A stretch of DNA of 64,000 nucleotides, taken from NCBI GenBank assembly GCA_902591315.1, contig CACJAI010000005.1:11392-75391 (forward strand). The letters are read 5' to 3'. The notes under the pieces were generated by a model. That model did not search any database. It was not told the DNA's origin and saw nothing but the letters and a program-made list of their open reading frames with translations. Origin of the DNA: an uncultured Alphaproteobacteria bacterium. GTDB taxonomy: Bacteria; Pseudomonadota; Alphaproteobacteria; HIMB59. This document shows, piece after piece, positions 21,977-32,588 of the stretch (position 1 is its first letter; each line of letters begins with the position of its first letter). The position numbers were made by a program, and so were the translations under genes.

Positions 21977-23248
21977 ATGAAAATTAAAAATATAACAGCA
22001 AGAGAAATTTTTGATAGTAGGGGTAACCCAACTGTAGAATGTGAAATGATATTTGAAAATATACCGTATCCCTTTAGAGGAATGGTTCCATCAGGAGCGT
22101 CTACAGGAAAATTTGAAGCACTAGAACTGAGAGATTTAGAGTCTAATAGGATGAGTGGAAAAGGTGTACTAAAAGCAGTTTCTAACGTAAATGATTTAAT
22201 AAAACCTAAAGTTTTTGAAAAAACTTTCCATGATTTTAGAGAATTTGATAAGTTTTTAATAAATCTAGATGGAACTGATAATAAATCAAAGTATGGTGCT
22301 AATGCAATTTTATCACTAAGCTTGGCATATTACAAAGCATGGTCATATGTAAACTATAGAGCGATATTCTTATCTCAAGGTTTGGAAAATTTGACTATAC
22401 CAGTTCCAATGCTTAACGTTATTAATGGTGGTCAGCATGCAGATAATGATGTTGATTTTCAAGAATTTATGATTTTACCAATAGGATTTCGATCATTAAC
22501 CGAAGCCTTATCATCTACACATACTGTCATCTCCAATATTAAAAAAGAACTAAAATCTCGATCACTTAATACTAATCTTGGCGATGAAGGAGGATTTGCA
22601 CCCAATTTAAAATCTCATTTAGATGTTCTAGATTTAATATGTAATTCAATTTTAAAAGCAGGTTACAACTTGAATGATCACTTTAAAATTTCATTGGATG
22701 CAGCTTCTAGTGAGTTTTACTCCGATGGAAAATATAATTTCGAAGGTAACTCATATTCAACAGAAGAAATGATAAGTGTTTACGAAAATATTTGCAAAAA
22801 TTATCCTATTTTTTCAATTGAAGATGCACTTAATGAAGAGGATTATGAGGGTTGGGTAAAAATTACTAGTAAACTTGGTAAAAAAATACGTTTAGTTGGT
22901 GATGATCTTTTTGTTACAAATATACAAAAGTTGCAAACTGGTATAGATGAAAAACAAGCTAATAGTATCTTAATTAAATTGAATCAAATCGGCACTGTCA
23001 CTGAAACATTGGAAGCAATTAATTTAGCCTCAATGAACGGTTTTGCATCTATAATGTCTCATAGATCTGGTGAGACAGAGGATTCTTTTATATCAGATTT
23101 GGCAGTAGCTTCTCGTTGCCCCTTAATTAAAACTGGATCTCTGGCCAGATCTGATAGAGTTGCAAAATATAATCAGTTATTAAGAATATCAGAAAATGAT
23201 AATATTAAAGGATATGCTGGTGAATTAAGTGAAGTTTTTAAAAGCTAA
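21977..23248 (+). CDS. eno: Enolase
   Basis: DSRGNPTVE, PSGASTG, GDEGGFAP, VGDDLFVTN, SHRSGETED. Confidence 0.99.
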   Translation: MKIKNITAREIFDSRGNPTVECEMIFENIPYPFRGMVPSGASTGKFEALELRDLESNRMSGKGVLKAVSNVNDLIKPKVFEKTFHDFREFDKFLINLDGTDNKSKYGANAILSLSLAYYKAWSYVNYRAIFLSQGLENLTIPVPMLNVINGGQHADNDVDFQEFMILPIGFRSLTEALSSTHTVISNIKKELKSRSLNTNLGDEGGFAPNLKSHLDVLDLICNSILKAGYNLNDHFKISLDAASSEFYSDGKYNFEGNSYSTEEMISVYENICKNYPIFSIEDALNEEDYEGWVKITSKLGKKIRLVGDDLFVTNIQKLQTGIDEKQANSILIKLNQIGTVTETLEAINLASMNGFASIMSHRSGETEDSFISDLAVASRCPLIKTGSLARSDRVAKYNQLLRISENDNIKGYAGELSEVFKS

Positions 23249-23516
23249 CAATTTAGTTAACTTTTTCTTTGCATTTGTATTGATTTACTTAATTTATCAT
23301 ACAGTCTATGGGAAATTTAATGTTGGTAATTATTTAATATACCAATTTGAGCAGAAAATGTACAAAAAATTGCAATCCAATCTTGACCAAAAAATGTTAG
23401 ATATAAATATAGATTTACACTCTTTTTACTCTAATAAAGAGGATTACATAGATGAAATTACGAAACAAAATAACCCAAATATCCAAGATGGAGAAACCAT
23501 ATTAAAGTTAGATTAA
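23229..23516 (+). CDS. ftsB: Septum formation initiator (FtsB/DivIC family)
   Basis: Short N-terminal TM, YG-x-x-x-x-G, coiled coil, DYIDE...GE; usual position between eno and pdhA. Confidence 0.75.
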   Translation: MKFLKANNLVNFFFAFVLIYLIYHTVYGKFNVGNYLIYQFEQKMYKKLQSNLDQKMLDINIDLHSFYSNKEDYIDEITKQNNPNIQDGETILKLD

Positions 23517-23517
23517 T

Positions 23518-24495
23518 ATGAACAAAAAAAACAAAAATAATTTTACAAATGATCAGTTACTTAAGTTTTACGAGAAAATGTTTTTAATTAGAAAATTTGA
23601 AGAAAAAGCTGCACAATTATACGGTGCTGGAAAAATTGGTGGTTTCTGCCATTTATACATTGGTCAAGAAGCCGTTGTTATAGGTATTCTATCCTCTATT
23701 AACTCAGAAGACACCGTTATCACTGCTTATAGAGATCATGGACATATACTAGCTCGTGGAGTGGATCCAAAATCAGTTATGTCTGAATTAACTGGAAGAA
23801 AAGATGGAATTTCAAAAGGAAAAGGTGGATCAATGCACATGTTCTCCAAAGCTAATAGATTTTATGGTGGACACGGTATCGTTGGAGCACAAGTACCTTT
23901 AGGAGTTGGTATAGGTTTTGCACATAAATACAGAAACGAAAAAAAGATTTCAAGAGTCTATTTAGGAGATGGTGCTATGAGTAATGGCCAAGTTTTTGAG
24001 GCATTTAATTTAGCATCACTTTGGGAATTACCAGTATTATTTATTATCGAAAACAATAAATATGGAATGGGTACATCCATTGGAAGGTCTGCAGCAGGAG
24101 GTGAGTTGTACGAACGAGCAACTGTATTCGGCATTAAAGGTGAAAAAGTAGACGGTATGAATTTTTTTAATGTAAGTGAGTCAGCTATAAGGGCAAGAGA
24201 ATATATCGAAAAAAATTCTAAACCCTACATTATTGAAATGGATACATATAGATTTAGAGGCCATTCAATGTCTGATCCTGGTCTTTACAGGACTAAAGAT
24301 GAAGTAAATAAAATGAAAGAGATAGACCCTGTGTTAATGATGAAAGAAACTTTATTAAATGATTATAAAATTCAAGAGGACACGATTAAAGATATTGAAA
24401 GTGATATTAAGAAACAAATTAAAGATGTAGAAAAATTTTCACTTGAGTCGCCACTTCCAGATTTAAAAGAATTATACACCGAGGTATATTTATGA
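23518..24495 (+). CDS. pdhA: Pyruvate dehydrogenase E1 alpha
   Basis: GFCHLYIGQEA, GKGGSMH, GDGA...ENNKYGMGT, YRFRGHSMSDP. Confidence 0.98.
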   Translation: MNKKNKNNFTNDQLLKFYEKMFLIRKFEEKAAQLYGAGKIGGFCHLYIGQEAVVIGILSSINSEDTVITAYRDHGHILARGVDPKSVMSELTGRKDGISKGKGGSMHMFSKANRFYGGHGIVGAQVPLGVGIGFAHKYRNEKKISRVYLGDGAMSNGQVFEAFNLASLWELPVLFIIENNKYGMGTSIGRSAAGGELYERATVFGIKGEKVDGMNFFNVSESAIRAREYIEKNSKPYIIEMDTYRFRGHSMSDPGLYRTKDEVNKMKEIDPVLMMKETLLNDYKIQEDTIKDIESDIKKQIKDVEKFSLESPLPDLKELYTEVYL

Positions 24496-25862
24496 AAATA
24501 CTTCTACCAGCTTTATCTCCAACTATGGAAACAGGTAACTTAGTAAAATGGTTAGTTAAAGAGGGAGATAGTGTAGTTTCAGGAGATATTTTAGCAGAAA
24601 TTGAGACTGATAAAGCTACTATGGAACTAGAGTCACCCGATGATGGTAAAGTTGAGAAAATACTAGTTAAAGAGGGTACTGAAAATATTAGTGTTAATAC
24701 TGAGATAGCTCTTCTTAAAGTTGATGGTGAGGAAATAGAGGAGATACAAGAAAAACCTATTGAAAAATCTCCACAAGTCTCCTCCAACGGATCTGAACCT
24801 CTTGCATCAGAAGTAAATATTTCAATGAAGTCTCTTTTAAATCAAACAAAACAAAATTCAGGTGAAAAGAATTGGTCTGAAAAAGAAATATCTATGAGAG
24901 AGGCATTGAATCAAGCCATTGAAGAAGAAATGAAATTAGACAAAGATGTTTTTCTCTTAGGTGAAGAGGTAGCTGAATATGATGGTGCGTATAAAGTAAC
25001 CCAAGGGCTTCTTGAAAAATTTGGATCAAAAAGGGTTTTAGATACTCCTATTTCTGAGCAAGGTTTTACAGGTTTAGCTATTGGAGCAGCTATGGCAGGA
25101 CTTAAGCCTATCTGTGAATTTATGACTTTTAATTTTTCTATGCAAGCAATTGATCAAATAGTTAATTCTGCTGCTAAATCTTTATACATGTCGGGTGGAG
25201 AAATAAATGTTCCTATAGTTTTTCGAGGCCCAAATGGTGCCGCGGCTAGAGTTGGAGCACAACATAGCCAATGTTTTATATCTTGGTTCTCTCATATTCC
25301 AGGCTTGATAGTAATTGCCCCTTCAAATGCAAGAGATGCAAAAGGTTTATTAAAATCATCTATTCGAAATCCCAATCCTATTGTTTTTTTAGAACATGAA
25401 TTACTCTATAAAGAAAAAACGAATGTGCCTGAAGAGAAAGATTTTTTAATTCCTATAGGTAAAGGAAATCTTATTAAAGAGGGTAAAGATGTAACTATTA
25501 TTGGTTTTTCAATGTCTGTTCAAAGAATATTAAACGCTCTTCCATCAATTGAAAAACTAGGGATTAGTCCTGATATTATAGATCTTAGATCAATTAAACC
25601 TCTAGATGAAGAATTGATATATAAATCTGTTAAGAAAACCAATAGAGTTGTAATTGTTGAGGATGGCTTTGGTAATACAAGTTTTGGATCACACTTATCT
25701 TATTTAGTTCAATCAAATTGCTTTGATTTCCTTGACTCAGAAATAATTAAAGTTAGCGGAAAAGACGTACCAATGCCATATGCAGAAAATTTAGAAAAAT
25801 TGGCATTACCCAACACTGATGAAATTGTATCTGCTGTTAAAAAAGTGTCATATATAAATTAA
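24492..25862 (+). CDS. pdhB: Pyruvate dehydrogenase E1 beta with N-terminal lipoyl domain
   Basis: PALSPTM...ETDKATME lipoyl domain; GEEVAEY-x-GAYKVT, DTPISE, AQHSQ. Confidence 0.98.
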   Translation: MKILLPALSPTMETGNLVKWLVKEGDSVVSGDILAEIETDKATMELESPDDGKVEKILVKEGTENISVNTEIALLKVDGEEIEEIQEKPIEKSPQVSSNGSEPLASEVNISMKSLLNQTKQNSGEKNWSEKEISMREALNQAIEEEMKLDKDVFLLGEEVAEYDGAYKVTQGLLEKFGSKRVLDTPISEQGFTGLAIGAAMAGLKPICEFMTFNFSMQAIDQIVNSAAKSLYMSGGEINVPIVFRGPNGAAARVGAQHSQCFISWFSHIPGLIVIAPSNARDAKGLLKSSIRNPNPIVFLEHELLYKEKTNVPEEKDFLIPIGKGNLIKEGKDVTIIGFSMSVQRILNALPSIEKLGISPDIIDLRSIKPLDEELIYKSVKKTNRVVIVEDGFGNTSFGSHLSYLVQSNCFDFLDSEIIKVSGKDVPMPYAENLEKLALPNTDEIVSAVKKVSYIN

Positions 25863-27145
25863 TGTTATATGAAGTTAATTTACCTTCTTTATCTCCCACA
25901 ATGGAGGAGGGTAAAATTGTTAAATGGATAAAAAAAGAAAAAGATCCAATACTAAGTGGTGAGGTTTTATTCGAAGTTGAAACAGATAAAGCCACAATGG
26001 AGTACGAGTCACCAGAAGATGGGTATATTGCTAAAATAATATCTAAGGAAGGTGAAACAGCAAATGTTAATCAATTAGTCGCAATAATTTCAGATGATTT
26101 GACATTTACACAAGAGGATATAAATAATTTTCTAAAAAATAATAATTCAGATAACAATATACAAACCTTAGAAATAAAATCTTCTGAAAATGATAAAGAT
26201 TTGGTGTCAGATAAAATATTAATTACACCCTTAGCAAAAAAAATAGCTCAAAAAAAAAATATAGATATTTCAAAAATAAAATCGATTTCAAGAAGAATAC
26301 GTACCGATGATCTTGATATAAATGAAACTTTTGATAATGAGGCTATAAGAGTATTTATATCTCCAATTGCCAAAAAAATATCAAATGAAAAATCTATAGA
26401 TTTGACAAAATTAAAAGGTACTGGTCCAGATAATAGAATTATTTTAAGAGACGTATCAGACTCGAATTATTTGTCTGAAAGTCCAAATATTAATAGATTA
26501 AGACAGGCTATTGCAAAAGCAACAACACATTCAAAAAATAATATCCCACATTTCTATTTAAATACCAGAGTGAATATGGCTACTCTATTAAAGTTTAGAA
26601 AAGACCAAAAATTAAAAGGTAATAAGTACTCTTTAAACGCAATATTAATGCAATCTATATCAAATGCATTCAAAGCATTTCCAGCTTCAAATTGTACATA
26701 TAAGGATAATGGTGAATTTATTATTAATAAAGATCATAATATTGGTATTGCAGTTGACTCTAAGTTTGGCTTAAAAATGCCTGTAATCAAAAAAATAAAT
26801 AATTTTAAATTAGATGAAATCAACTCAAATCTTAATGAAAAGATAAACTTAACAAGAGATAATAAACTTTCTCCCTCTGATCTGTCAGATGGTGTAATAA
26901 GTATATCTAATTTGGGTTCATTTAATATCCGTAGTTTTGATGCTATTATATTACCAGGACAAACATACATATTAGCAGTAGGCCAGATTTTTGAGGATGT
27001 TTATGTGGACAAAGGCAAGATTGAAATAGGGAGTTTTATAAATTTGACATTATCATGTGATCATAGAGCTGTTGATGGAGTTTTAGCTTCACAATTTTTT
27101 TCTAGTATTGTTCAAAATTTAGAAAGTATTTCAGATGACAATTAA
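25862..27145 (+). CDS. pdhC: Dihydrolipoamide acetyltransferase (E2)
   Basis: Lipoyl ETDKATME, two subunit-binding repeats, IPHFY, SNLG, DHRAVDG. Confidence 0.95.
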   Translation: MLYEVNLPSLSPTMEEGKIVKWIKKEKDPILSGEVLFEVETDKATMEYESPEDGYIAKIISKEGETANVNQLVAIISDDLTFTQEDINNFLKNNNSDNNIQTLEIKSSENDKDLVSDKILITPLAKKIAQKKNIDISKIKSISRRIRTDDLDINETFDNEAIRVFISPIAKKISNEKSIDLTKLKGTGPDNRIILRDVSDSNYLSESPNINRLRQAIAKATTHSKNNIPHFYLNTRVNMATLLKFRKDQKLKGNKYSLNAILMQSISNAFKAFPASNCTYKDNGEFIINKDHNIGIAVDSKFGLKMPVIKKINNFKLDEINSNLNEKINLTRDNKLSPSDLSDGVISISNLGSFNIRSFDAIILPGQTYILAVGQIFEDVYVDKGKIEIGSFINLTLSCDHRAVDGVLASQFFSSIVQNLESISDDN

Positions 27146-28508
27146 ATATGATTTAACAATAGTTGGTGGTGGTCCTGGTGGTTATGTTGCTGCTATAAAA
27201 GCAGCACAACTTGGTATGAAAGTTGCTTTGTTTGAAGAAGATAAACTAGGAGGTGTATGTCTTAATTGGGGATGTATTCCAACTAAATCATTACTACATT
27301 CTGCAGAATTCATGGAAGAGGCTAATCATTTTGGGCTTGATAAGAAAGATCTTACTAAAATTGCTCTAGATAAAGTTGTAAAGATGTCAAGAACAGCATC
27401 TGATAATTTATCAAAAGGCGTTAACTCACTAATGAAAAAAAATAAAATTGATATTTATAAGCATCGAGCATATCCCCAAAAAATAGATAATGAATTTTTT
27501 GTAAATACCACGACGGATGAAATTTCCTCTGAAAATATAATTATTGCCACGGGCTGCAAACCTAGGACAATAGGTGACATTAGTTTTTCTAACTTAATTT
27601 GGAGCTCCAAAGAAGCAATGATACCTAAATTTCTTCCAAAAAAATTATGTATTATCGGATCAGGTGCTATTGGAATAGAGTTTGCAAGTATTTATAATGC
27701 TTTAGGTTCGGATGTTACAGTGTTTGAGTCTCAAAATAAGATTTTACCTCAGTTTGATAACGATATTTCAAATGAAGCAAAAAAAATATTTGAAAAAAAA
27801 GGTATTAAATTTGAGTTAAATGCAAAAATTGATAAAATTGTTGAAGACAAAAAGAACGTATCCTTTAATAACATTGACCAAAAGGTTTTATGTGATGCAT
27901 TAATATTATCTATAGGTGTTATACCTAATTTAGATAAAGACTTTATAAGCTCACTTAACTTAAATCTATCTGATACCGGTTATATAAATACAAATCATAA
28001 TTATGAGACAAATATTAAGGGTTTATATGCCATTGGTGATATTATTGGTGCCCCATGGTTAGCTCATAAAGCCATGCACGATGCCATAAATTGTGTGACG
28101 CATATTTCAACAGGTAATGATACTCATAAACCAAAAGAAAATCATATCCCTGGTTGTATATATAGCTTACCACAAATAGCTACTGTTGGTTTCACTGAAC
28201 AACAACTTAAAGACAATAACACTCCCTACAAGACGGGTAATTTTCCATTTTTAGCAAATGGTAAATCACAAACTATGTCCAACTCATACGGTTTTGTAAA
28301 AACGCTCTTTAATTCTGATACAGGAGAAGTATTGGGTGCACATCTTATTGGACCTGATGTAACAGAAATGATAGCCACATTTGGCCTTGCTATTTCATCT
28401 GAGTCTACAGAAGATGAATTTATTAATACTGTTTTTGCACATCCAACTTTATCAGAGTCTATTCATGAAAGCGTCTTATCAGCTTTTGAAAAACCTTTAC
28501 ATTTTTAA
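27135..28508 (+). CDS. lpdA: Dihydrolipoamide dehydrogenase (E3)
   Basis: [29 protein letters not shown]-x-E, HPTLSE. Confidence 0.98.
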   Translation: MTIKYDLTIVGGGPGGYVAAIKAAQLGMKVALFEEDKLGGVCLNWGCIPTKSLLHSAEFMEEANHFGLDKKDLTKIALDKVVKMSRTASDNLSKGVNSLMKKNKIDIYKHRAYPQKIDNEFFVNTTTDEISSENIIIATGCKPRTIGDISFSNLIWSSKEAMIPKFLPKKLCIIGSGAIGIEFASIYNALGSDVTVFESQNKILPQFDNDISNEAKKIFEKKGIKFELNAKIDKIVEDKKNVSFNNIDQKVLCDALILSIGVIPNLDKDFISSLNLNLSDTGYINTNHNYETNIKGLYAIGDIIGAPWLAHKAMHDAINCVTHISTGNDTHKPKENHIPGCIYSLPQIATVGFTEQQLKDNNTPYKTGNFPFLANGKSQTMSNSYGFVKTLFNSDTGEVLGAHLIGPDVTEMIATFGLAISSESTEDEFINTVFAHPTLSESIHESVLSAFEKPLHF

Positions 28509-28510
28509 TC

Positions 28511-29419
28511 ATGATCAGACATCCTGAAAAAATTAAAAAATTTAATCCTACGACTATCAAAAAACCTAATTGGCTAAAAGTAAAAGCACCAACATCAAAA
28601 AAATACTTTGAAACACTTGATATAGTTAACTCACATAATTTAGTTACTGTCTGTCAAGAAGCAGCGTGTCCAAATATTGGAGAATGCTGGGAAAAAAAAC
28701 ATGCAACTTTTATGATATTAGGAGATACATGTACGAGAGCATGTGCATTTTGTAATGTTAAAACTGGTAAACCTTCAGAACCACCAGATCCAATGGAACC
28801 ACTAAATGTAGCTAAATCTGTTTTAAAATTAGGTCTAAAACACGTTGTTGTAACAAGCGTAGATCGAGATGATTTGCCTGACGGTGGTGCTCAACATTTT
28901 ATTGATACGATTAAGTACATAAGAGAACTATCTAATATTACAACTATTGAAATTCTAACACCTGATTTTTTAAGAAAAAATAGAAATTATATAGATATCG
29001 CGAAGGTCAAGCCTGATGTTTTCAATCATAACTTAGAAACTGTTCCAAGAATTTATAAACAAATTAGACCTGGTTCAAATTATCTTGAAAGTTTAAGGCT
29101 TTTGAGAGAAGTAAAAGAATTTGACAAGTCAATATTTACGAAGTCGGGTATTATGGTTGGTTTAGGTGAGAATTATTCAGAAATAATTGAGGTATTAAAA
29201 GATATGAAAAGTTCTAAAATTGATTTTGTTACCATAGGTCAATATCTACAGCCCTCCATTCATCATGAAAAAGTCCACAAGTTTTACTCTCCAGAGGAGT
29301 TTAAAAGCCTTTATAATTTCTGTCTTAAATTAGGTTTTAAAATGATTTCTTCTTCACCTATGACCAGATCAAGTTATCACGCTGATGAAGATTTTGAAAA
29401 ACTAAAAAAAGTTATATAG
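28511..29419 (+). CDS. lipA: Lipoyl synthase
   Basis: [41 protein letters not shown]. Confidence 0.98.
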   Translation: MIRHPEKIKKFNPTTIKKPNWLKVKAPTSKKYFETLDIVNSHNLVTVCQEAACPNIGECWEKKHATFMILGDTCTRACAFCNVKTGKPSEPPDPMEPLNVAKSVLKLGLKHVVVTSVDRDDLPDGGAQHFIDTIKYIRELSNITTIEILTPDFLRKNRNYIDIAKVKPDVFNHNLETVPRIYKQIRPGSNYLESLRLLREVKEFDKSIFTKSGIMVGLGENYSEIIEVLKDMKSSKIDFVTIGQYLQPSIHHEKVHKFYSPEEFKSLYNFCLKLGFKMISSSPMTRSSYHADEDFEKLKKVI

Positions 29420-29421
29420 CT

Positions 29422-30555
29422 TTAAATAATTGAAACATTCGACCAACAGGCTATAAAATCACCTTTACCAATTAGTCCAGATTTTTCGTTCGTAGTTGCT
29501 TTAATTGTAATATTTTTTTTACTTGTCATGAGCAACTTTGAAATGCTATTTACAATTTTTTCATAATGAGGATTAATTTTAGGTTCCTCAGATACAATCA
29601 TTATATCAATATTATTAATATTCATTTTTTTTGAATTCATTTTGGTAAGAGCATATTTTAAAAATTCTATAGAATTTCTATTAAAATTTTTTTTATTATT
29701 TGGAAAATAGGTTCCTATATCTCTTAAAGATAGCGCTCCAAGCAAAGAATCTGTGATTGCATGAAGTATTACATCTCCATCTGAATGAGAAATTACCTTA
29801 ACTTTTGATTTTATTTTTACCCCACCAAGTTTTATTAGATGACTCTTTGTAGTTTTGATTGTTTTATGAATATCATATCCAATCCCTACTAAAATATTAT
29901 TTCCAATTAACCTATTCAATGACTCCAATTCATCTTTATAAGTTATTTTAATGTTTATTTCATTATCTAGTATATATTTTATTTTATATTTATTTTTTTC
30001 AATTCTAAAAAGTTGACTATCATCAGTTAATATTTTTTTATTATTTTTTTCATGTAAATTAATAATTTTATCTTTAATAAAGCCTTGTGGAGTTTTAATA
30101 AGTTTAAGTTTTTCTCTATCGAGATTATCTTGATTAATTATAACAGTATCAGAACACTTGCTGTAAGGAATGACACAATCATATTTTTTTTCTATTAGAT
30201 TTTTTATAATTTTTTTGATTAATTTCTCTGAATTTAAAGGTCTTGCTACATCATGTATTAATACATATCTTGATTTAAATTTTGTTTTTTTTAAAGCGTT
30301 CTTAACACTTTCCGATCTTGTTTTTCCACCTTTTATTACCTCTAAATCGTCAAAAATGTTAATATTGGTTCCTTTTAAATTATTAACAATTATAGTTATT
30401 TTTTTAAATTTAAGTTGTTTAAGAAATTCAATATTATGTGTTAATAAATTTTTATTTTTAAATTTAGCTAAAAGCTTATTAGTTTTAGATGAAAATCTTG
30501 AACTATTACCACCTGCTAGAAGTACGAAATGAATATTAGAGTTAATTAATGTCAA
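29422..30555 (-). CDS. ispDF: Bifunctional IspD/IspF (MEP pathway)
   Basis: LAGG-x-SSRF, GG-x-TRSESV, IHDVARP, KTPQ, TDD; IspF half GYDIH, HSDGDV-x-LHA-x-TD, KATTNE. Start uncertain (TTG 30555). Confidence 0.93.
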   Translation of the reverse strand: MTLINSNIHFVLLAGGNSSRFSSKTNKLLAKFKNKNLLTHNIEFLKQLKFKKITIIVNNLKGTNINIFDDLEVIKGGKTRSESVKNALKKTKFKSRYVLIHDVARPLNSEKLIKKIIKNLIEKKYDCVIPYSKCSDTVIINQDNLDREKLKLIKTPQGFIKDKIINLHEKNNKKILTDDSQLFRIEKNKYKIKYILDNEINIKITYKDELESLNRLIGNNILVGIGYDIHKTIKTTKSHLIKLGGVKIKSKVKVISHSDGDVILHAITDSLLGALSLRDIGTYFPNNKKNFNRNSIEFLKYALTKMNSKKMNINNIDIMIVSEEPKINPHYEKIVNSISKLLMTSKKNITIKATTNEKSGLIGKGDFIACWSNVSII

Positions 30556-32588
30556 ATTATTTTAATAAGTTTTCTGCGTTTATATTAATATCTATTTTTA
30601 TAACTCTTTTTACTTTAACTGTATATTCACTTATTTCATCAAATGAAATAGTTCGTAATGTGGAGTTAATTCAATATGTTTTAATTGCTGACTTTGTATT
30701 TCTTTTAATTCTTCTTTTGTATTTATCTGTTTTTTTTATTAATTATTTAAAATATAAAAATCGAGAGGTGGTAGGTTTAAGACTTTTTAATAAATTTTTT
30801 CTTTTTTTTGGTCTTTTTTCAATAATTCCTAGTGGAATAATACTATTAGCTTCTTCTATATTCTTTAATATAGAAGTTAGTACTTGGTTAGGTCCTGCAT
30901 TTAAATCCACTGTAAATAATTCCTATCAGTTGGCACAGAAATATATAAATCAAACTGAAAGTGATTTAATTACAGACTCAAAATTTATTAGAAATTACGT
31001 TCTAGCTAAGAGATTAATTGATAGGGATATTTTACAGAGGTTTAACATAACAACTGTTTATAACTATAAAAATGGAAAACAATTTATAGAACATATTTCA
31101 GATAAAAAAATATTTTTATCAGATGATAATTTAAAGGACGCAATAACTGATAATGAAAATGATATAACAATTTTTTTTTCAAATGATCAGCTTTTCTCTA
31201 AAGTAAAATTAAATAACTCAAATTATTTATTACTACTTAAGAATATCGACTTAGAGACATTAAATTATTATCAAAACATCATACAGTCCTATGAGGCTAT
31301 AAATTCTATAGATAATAATAAAAGAAATATTCAAATAACATTTTTTACTATCTATATAATTCTTTCAACAAGTTTAATTTTTATATTTATAATTATTGGA
31401 ACAAATTTTAGCTTTAGATTGGCAAAACCAATAAGAGATTTAAATAACTCAATAATAGACCTGAGAAAAGGTAAATATCAACAAACAAGATTTAAAAAAT
31501 TAAGTGATAAGGATGATATTTCAGTATTAACAAACTCATTCCATGAAATGAGTAAGACTATTATTGATCAAAAGAATAATTTACAAGATGTTAATTCAAC
31601 TATCAATGATCAATTAAGCTTTATTAATAACATTATTGAAAATTCACCTTATGGAATTTTTGTTTTAAATAATAAATCAATGATCTTTGAAAATTCTGCA
31701 TCTTCAATATTTAGTAATGAAAATATTTCATCATTTCAAAATTTTACTAATTTGCTATCAAATCATTTTAACGATAATCAAAGTTTTTACAGAAAATCAT
31801 ATGAAATAAATTTAGAGGTTAAAATAAATAATAATCGTAAGTATTTTTTTGTAAAATCTATTTTTATTGATAATAATTCTTTATTTGATCAAATAATAAT
31901 TTTTAATGACTACACTGATTTAATTTTTGCTGAAAAAAATAATGCTATTGCCGATCTTGCCAGAAAAATTTCACATGAGATTAAAAATCCATTAACACCT
32001 ATGCTTTTGTCTACAGAATTTATTGAAAGCCAACTCAAAGACGAAGAATTAATAAATTCAATAAAATCGATTAAAAGGCAAATTTTTTTAATTCAAAACT
32101 TAGTAAATGAATTTTCAACTTACGCAAGATTACCTAAAGCAAATATTACAAAATTAAACCTATCTGAAATTTGTTTAGTTTATATTGAGGAGTATAAAAG
32201 AAATTATGATAAAATTATTATCAATCACAATATCGAAGAAAATTTATTTGTTAACTTTGACCATTCTTACTTAGATATTATTTTCAATAATCTTTTTAAA
32301 AATTCTATTGAAGCTTTAGCATCTATTAATAATCCAGCAATTGATATTAGTTTAAAAAAAATTGATAATAGCTTAATTTTAATTTTTTTTGATAATGGAC
32401 CTGGATTTGATGGTGATATAAATGATCTAATTAAGCCATATTTTTCAACAAAAAACTCTTCAGGATTAGGATTATCTTTAATAAATAAAATAATTACTGA
32501 CAACTCCTATAAGATGAATATAACAACGAACAGCTATTCGGGTTTTAAAATTGAATTAATTTTCTATGACAAAAATATTAGTAATTGA
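30549..32588 (+). CDS. ntrY: NtrY-type sensor histidine kinase
   Basis: Multiple N-terminal TMs, IIPSG...W, HAMP, PAS-like region, ARKISHEIKNPLTP, DNGPG, PYFSTK-x-x-SGLGL. Confidence 0.9.
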   Translation: MSNYFNKFSAFILISIFITLFTLTVYSLISSNEIVRNVELIQYVLIADFVFLLILLLYLSVFFINYLKYKNREVVGLRLFNKFFLFFGLFSIIPSGIILLASSIFFNIEVSTWLGPAFKSTVNNSYQLAQKYINQTESDLITDSKFIRNYVLAKRLIDRDILQRFNITTVYNYKNGKQFIEHISDKKIFLSDDNLKDAITDNENDITIFFSNDQLFSKVKLNNSNYLLLLKNIDLETLNYYQNIIQSYEAINSIDNNKRNIQITFFTIYIILSTSLIFIFIIIGTNFSFRLAKPIRDLNNSIIDLRKGKYQQTRFKKLSDKDDISVLTNSFHEMSKTIIDQKNNLQDVNSTINDQLSFINNIIENSPYGIFVLNNKSMIFENSASSIFSNENISSFQNFTNLLSNHFNDNQSFYRKSYEINLEVKINNNRKYFFVKSIFIDNNSLFDQIIIFNDYTDLIFAEKNNAIADLARKISHEIKNPLTPMLLSTEFIESQLKDEELINSIKSIKRQIFLIQNLVNEFSTYARLPKANITKLNLSEICLVYIEEYKRNYDKIIINHNIEENLFVNFDHSYLDIIFNNLFKNSIEALASINNPAIDISLKKIDNSLILIFFDNGPGFDGDINDLIKPYFSTKNSSGLGLSLINKIITDNSYKMNITTNSYSGFKIELIFYDKNISN

